NCBI GenBank assembly: GCA_046724435.1
Contig: JBKOWN010000070.1
Location: 1 to 54,451, forward strand
Origin: Actinomycetota bacterium
GTDB taxonomy: Bacteria; Actinomycetota; Acidimicrobiia; IMCC26256; JACDBD01
Length of the DNA: 54,451 bases
Direction: 5' to 3'
Below the pieces are notes generated by a model. The model was not told the DNA's origin and searched no databases. It worked only from the letters and a program-made list of their open reading frames with translations. Below, in pieces: positions 50,818 through 54,451 of this stretch. The position numbers were made by a program, and so were the translations under genes. Position 1 is the stretch's first letter. Every line of letters begins with the position of its first letter.

Positions 50818-51863
50818 ACCTGGCGGAAGCCCAGGAGCTACTCGAACGCGCCGAGGCCGAAGCGGCGACGGCGGCCGAGGCCGCGGCCGAGCTCGACGAG
50901 CTCGTCGAGTTGGAGCGTCGGTACGTCGGGCGGAAGTCGCCGGCGGCACAGGTGACCGAGGCGATCAAGGCACTCGCATCCGAAGATCGTCGGCCGGCAG
51001 GAAAGGCCGTCTCCGACTACAAGGCAGCCATCGCCGACGTGCTCGAACGCCGGCGCGGAGCCATCGCCGCAAGCGAAGCAGCGGGCGGCCCCGGAGGCGA
51101 GCGTCTCGACCTCACCGCCGGAGGGCACGGCCGAGCTCGCGGGCACCTGCATCTCGTCACGCAGGTACAGCGCGAGCTGGAGGACATCTTCGCCGGGCTC
51201 GGATACCGCGTCGCCGAGGGCCCCGAGGTCGAGGACGACTGGCACAACTTCGAGGCGCTCAACATCCCGCCCGCACACCCCGCACGCTCCATGCAGGACA
51301 CGCTGTACGTGCGGCTGGGTCGCGACGAGCAGGTGTTGCTGCGGACCCACACCTCGCCGGTCCAGATCCGCACGATGGAAGCGAACGAACCGCCCATCTA
51401 CGTCGTCGCGCCCGGGCGCACGTACCGCAACGAGACGCCCGGGCCGCGCAACTCGCCCGTGTTCCACCAGATGGAGTGCCTCGCCGTCGACCGCGGCATC
51501 ACCCTGGCCGACCTGTTCGGCACGATCGAGGTGTTCGTGAAGCGCTTGTTCGACGACGAGTCCATCCGCACCCGTTTCCGCTCCGACTACTTCCCCTATA
51601 CGGAGCCGTCCGCAGAGCTGGCGGTGAGCTGCATCTTCTGCCACGGCGAGGGATGTCGTGTCTGCTCCTTCACGGGCTGGATCGAGCTCGGCGGCTGCGG
51701 CATGGTCGACCCGAACGTGTTCGAGGCCGTCGGCTACGACCCGGAGGAGTGGCAGGGGTTCGCGTTCGGCTTCGGGCTCGAGCGGATCGCCATGATCCGT
51801 TACGGCATCGACGAGATCCGGACGTTCTTCGAGGGCGACGTGCGCTTCTTGGCGCAGTACTGA
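50814..51863 (+). CDS. pheS: phenylalanine--tRNA ligase alpha subunit
   Basis: GTGA overlap with the methyltransferase gene. 'HPARSMQDTLYV', 'RTHTSPVQIRTM', 'FPYTEPSAE' and 'GFAFGFGLERIAMIRYGI'. Confidence 0.95.
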   Translation: MNLAEAQELLERAEAEAATAAEAAAELDELVELERRYVGRKSPAAQVTEAIKALASEDRRPAGKAVSDYKAAIADVLERRRGAIAASEAAGGPGGERLDLTAGGHGRARGHLHLVTQVQRELEDIFAGLGYRVAEGPEVEDDWHNFEALNIPPAHPARSMQDTLYVRLGRDEQVLLRTHTSPVQIRTMEANEPPIYVVAPGRTYRNETPGPRNSPVFHQMECLAVDRGITLADLFGTIEVFVKRLFDDESIRTRFRSDYFPYTEPSAELAVSCIFCHGEGCRVCSFTGWIELGGCGMVDPNVFEAVGYDPEEWQGFAFGFGLERIAMIRYGIDEIRTFFEGDVRFLAQY

Positions 51864-51870
51864 GGCACTG

Positions 51871-54264
51871 ATGCGCGCGCCGTTGTCCTGGATCCAGGAG
51901 TTCACGCCGGTCGAGGCGTCGACGGACGAGCTGGTCTCGGCGCTCAATCAGGTCGGCCTGGAGGTCGAGGGCGTCGAAGAGCCCGGCCGCGAAGTGCGCG
52001 GAGTGATCGCGGCGCGGGTGCTCGACGTCGTGAAGCATCCGAAGGCCGACAAGCTGACACTCGTCGACGTCGACTTCGGGAGCAACTCCACCCGAGTCGT
52101 GTGCGGTGCCGAGAATGTGGCCGCGGGCGACGTCGTCCCGTACGCGCCGGCCGGTGCGCGTCTTCCGGAGCCGTTCGGGATACTCGAACGTAGGACCATC
52201 CGGGGCGTCGCCTCGGATTGCATGCTCCTCGCTCCGGACGAGCTCGGCCTCGGCGACGACCACCAGGGCATCGTCCACCTCGACGAGTCGACGAAGCCGG
52301 GCACGGACGTGCGCGAGCTCCTCGGGCTCGACGACGTCATCTTCGACTTGTCGATCACGCCCAACCGGCCGGACGCCATGTGCATCGTCGGTGTGGCACG
52401 CGAGCTCGCCGCCCACTTCGGGCTCCCGCTCGAAGTCCCCGAGGCCCATGCAGCCACGGACCCCGCGATCCGCGCCGAGATCACGGTGCGCGTCGACGCG
52501 CCCGGTCGCTGTCCCCGCTACCTCGCCCGGGTCGCCCAGGTGACGATGGGCCCGTCCCCGTCGTGGATGGCGCAACGGCTCGTCAAAGCGGGCATGCGAC
52601 CGATCAGCAACGTCGTCGACGTCACCAACTACGTGCTGCTCGAGCGGAACCAGCCGCTCCATGCGTTCGATCTCGGGCGACTCGCAGGCCGAGGGATCCT
52701 CGTGCGGCTCGCCGCACGGGGCGAGCACATCACGACACTCGACGGTGTGGACCGCGCGCTCATCGACGAGGACCTCCTCATCTGCGACGCCGGCGGCGCG
52801 CCGCAGGCCATCGCGGGGATCATGGGCGGCGGCACCTCGGAAGTCTCCGACAGCACGTCGGAGATCTTGCTCGAGGCGGCGTACTTCGAGCGGATGGGCA
52901 TTGCCCGGACGTCGAAGCGCCTGAAGCTGCGCTCGGAGTCGAGCGCCCGGTTCGAACGCGGCATCGATCCCAACGGGGTCGCCGATCACGCCGAGCGAGC
53001 CATGGAGCTCTTCGCCGAGGTCGCCGAGGCGCGGGTTTCGGCCGAGGCCATCGACGAATACCCCGCGCCCATCGAGCGCGCTCGCATCCACGTGCGCACG
53101 AGCAAGGTCAACGGGCTCCTCGGCACCGACCTCCGCGACACCGAGATCCTCGACGCGCTCCGGCCGCTGGGCATCGAGGTGAACGGTGGTGACGACGACA
53201 TCACTGCAATTGCCCCGACCTTCCGGCCCGACCTCGAGCGCGAGATCGACATCGTCGAAGAGGTGGCGCGCCGCGTCGGGTTCGCGTCGATCGGGCGCAC
53301 GGTGGCGAGGCCCCGCGAGCAGGTCGGTGGCCTCACGCAGCGGCAACGTGAGCGGCGCCTCGTCGCCGACGCGCTCGTCGGCGCCGGACTGTCCGAAGCC
53401 GTCACCATCCCGCTCGTGGCGCCGGCCGATCTCGAGCGCGCGGGCGCGCCGCTCGACCGTCTCGTCGAGGCCGCCAACCCGCTGCGCGCCGAGGAGTCCG
53501 TCCTGCGCACGCGGATCCTTCCCGGGCTGCTCCGCGCCGTCGCGCACAACCACGCCCACGGTCTTACGGACGTCGGTCTTTTCGAGGCCGGCCGTGTGTT
53601 TCTCGCGCCCCTCGACCAGGGAGCACTGTTGCCGGACGAGCCGACCCACCTCGCCGTCGCGCTTTCGGGCACCGTGCGACGGCGGCCGGTCGAAGCCGAT
53701 CGTGCCGTCGATCCCTTCGACGCGCTCGACGCGCTGCACCGGGTCTTCGACGCGCTCGAGATCGCCGACGGCGGCGCCGAGATGGCGGTGCGACCCGGCT
53801 TCGAGCCCACTCGTGCCGCCGCTGTACTCGTTGACGGGTACGAGGTCGGAGTCGTCGGGGAGCTCGATCCGGTGCTGCTCCGCGCCCTCGAGCTGATCCC
53901 GCCGGTCGTCGGGTTCGAGGTCGACCTCGATCGGCTACTCGACGGCCGGCGCCGCGACCGTACGTATCGGCCGCCTTCGCCGTACCCGCCGTCGACGATC
54001 GACCTCGCGTTCGTCGTGAGCGAGGACGTGGCGGCGGGCGCGGTCGCCGCGACACTGCGCGCCGCCGGCGGTGACGTCCTCGAGGAGGTCCGGCTGTTCG
54101 ACGTCTTCCGGTCGGACGCGCTCGGCGACGGGCGGAAGAGCCTCGCCCTCGCGCTGCGCTTCCGAGCGCCGGATCGGACCCTCACCGACGACGAGGTGGG
54201 GGAGATCCGCCGGCGGTGCGTCGACGCCGTCGTCCGCGAGCACCACGCCGAGCTGCGAGGTTGA
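51871..54264 (+). CDS. pheT: phenylalanine--tRNA ligase beta subunit
   Basis: 797 aa. 'MRAPLSWIQEF', tRNA-binding domain 'VKHPKADKLTLVDVDFG', B3/4 'FDLSITPNRPDAMCIVGVAREL', and C-terminal FDX-ACB domain. Confidence 0.95.
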   Translation: MRAPLSWIQEFTPVEASTDELVSALNQVGLEVEGVEEPGREVRGVIAARVLDVVKHPKADKLTLVDVDFGSNSTRVVCGAENVAAGDVVPYAPAGARLPEPFGILERRTIRGVASDCMLLAPDELGLGDDHQGIVHLDESTKPGTDVRELLGLDDVIFDLSITPNRPDAMCIVGVARELAAHFGLPLEVPEAHAATDPAIRAEITVRVDAPGRCPRYLARVAQVTMGPSPSWMAQRLVKAGMRPISNVVDVTNYVLLERNQPLHAFDLGRLAGRGILVRLAARGEHITTLDGVDRALIDEDLLICDAGGAPQAIAGIMGGGTSEVSDSTSEILLEAAYFERMGIARTSKRLKLRSESSARFERGIDPNGVADHAERAMELFAEVAEARVSAEAIDEYPAPIERARIHVRTSKVNGLLGTDLRDTEILDALRPLGIEVNGGDDDITAIAPTFRPDLEREIDIVEEVARRVGFASIGRTVARPREQVGGLTQRQRERRLVADALVGAGLSEAVTIPLVAPADLERAGAPLDRLVEAANPLRAEESVLRTRILPGLLRAVAHNHAHGLTDVGLFEAGRVFLAPLDQGALLPDEPTHLAVALSGTVRRRPVEADRAVDPFDALDALHRVFDALEIADGGAEMAVRPGFEPTRAAAVLVDGYEVGVVGELDPVLLRALELIPPVVGFEVDLDRLLDGRRRDRTYRPPSPYPPSTIDLAFVVSEDVAAGAVAATLRAAGGDVLEEVRLFDVFRSDALGDGRKSLALALRFRAPDRTLTDDEVGEIRRRCVDAVVREHHAELRG

Positions 54265-54269
54265 CGTCC

Positions 54270-54451
54270 GTGGCGTTCGTCCACCGCGTCCGACCGCGCT
54301 ATGCCGAGGTCGACGCCCAGGGCGTGGTGTTCAACGCCCACTGGCTGACGTACTTCGACGAGGCCTGCACCCGATGGTTCGAGACCATGGGGTTCGACCC
54401 GAAGGAGGCGTTCTTCCGGGATTTCGACGTCATGCTGGTGAAGGCCGTCCT
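54270..54451 (+). CDS. acyl-CoA thioesterase, hotdog fold (4HBT/YbgC-like), 5' partial at window end
   Basis: GTG 54270. 'VAFVHRVRPRYAEVDAQGVVFNAHWLTYFDEACTRWFETMGF...' is the typical N-terminus of 4HBT-type thioesterases. It runs off the window. Confidence 0.65.
   Translation, partial: MAFVHRVRPRYAEVDAQGVVFNAHWLTYFDEACTRWFETMGFDPKEAFFRDFDVMLVKAV

Overview
This is a very GC-rich window (roughly 70% by eye). It is gene-dense, almost entirely plus-strand, and has the conserved housekeeping gene order of Actinomycetota. The blocks are: rel-hisS-aspS; rarA-alaS-ruvX-mltG-aroE-(prepilin peptidase)-aroC-aroK-aroB-aroQ-M24 peptidase-efp-nusB; clpS-DUF2017; pyrR-pyrB-pyrC-carA-carB-pyrD-pyrF; mihF-gmk-rpoZ-coaBC-metK-priA; def-fmt-rsmB-rpe-mog; FMN riboswitch-ribD-ribE-ribBA-ribH-hisG; and infC-rpmI-rplT-trmH-pheS-pheT. 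Most gene junctions are 4-nt GTGA/ATGA/TTGA start-stop overlaps, which implies translational coupling. For that reason several true starts lie well inside the longer ORFs in the supplied track. I found no CRISPR array, tRNA/rRNA gene, transposase, integrase or recognisable defence or toxin system, and I do not think the window holds a large novel system. Non-core content is limited to three small patches. (1) A decayed DUF559 gene between aspS and rarA, bracketed by 27-bp direct repeats derived from a long hairpin. (2) A four-gene islet at 19.86-22.64 kb holding a DUF4242-class III cyclase fusion, a divergently transcribed TerB-like/Coq4-like protein, an ABM-like protein and a VOC protein. (3) A GH15 hydrolase plus a DUF1844 gene on the minus strand. 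The items most worth a second look are listed here. A textbook intrinsic-terminator shape lies inside the longest pyrR ORF, suggesting a pyr attenuator and a probable wrong start. rplT (L20) is split by a 2-nt loss in a (GC)n tract. gmk has no ATG/GTG/TTG upstream of its P-loop. infC starts at AUA behind a near-perfect Shine-Dalgarno sequence. The cyclase and TerB/Coq4 genes form a divergent pair. All calls come from reading the translations and the DNA by eye; no database search was run.
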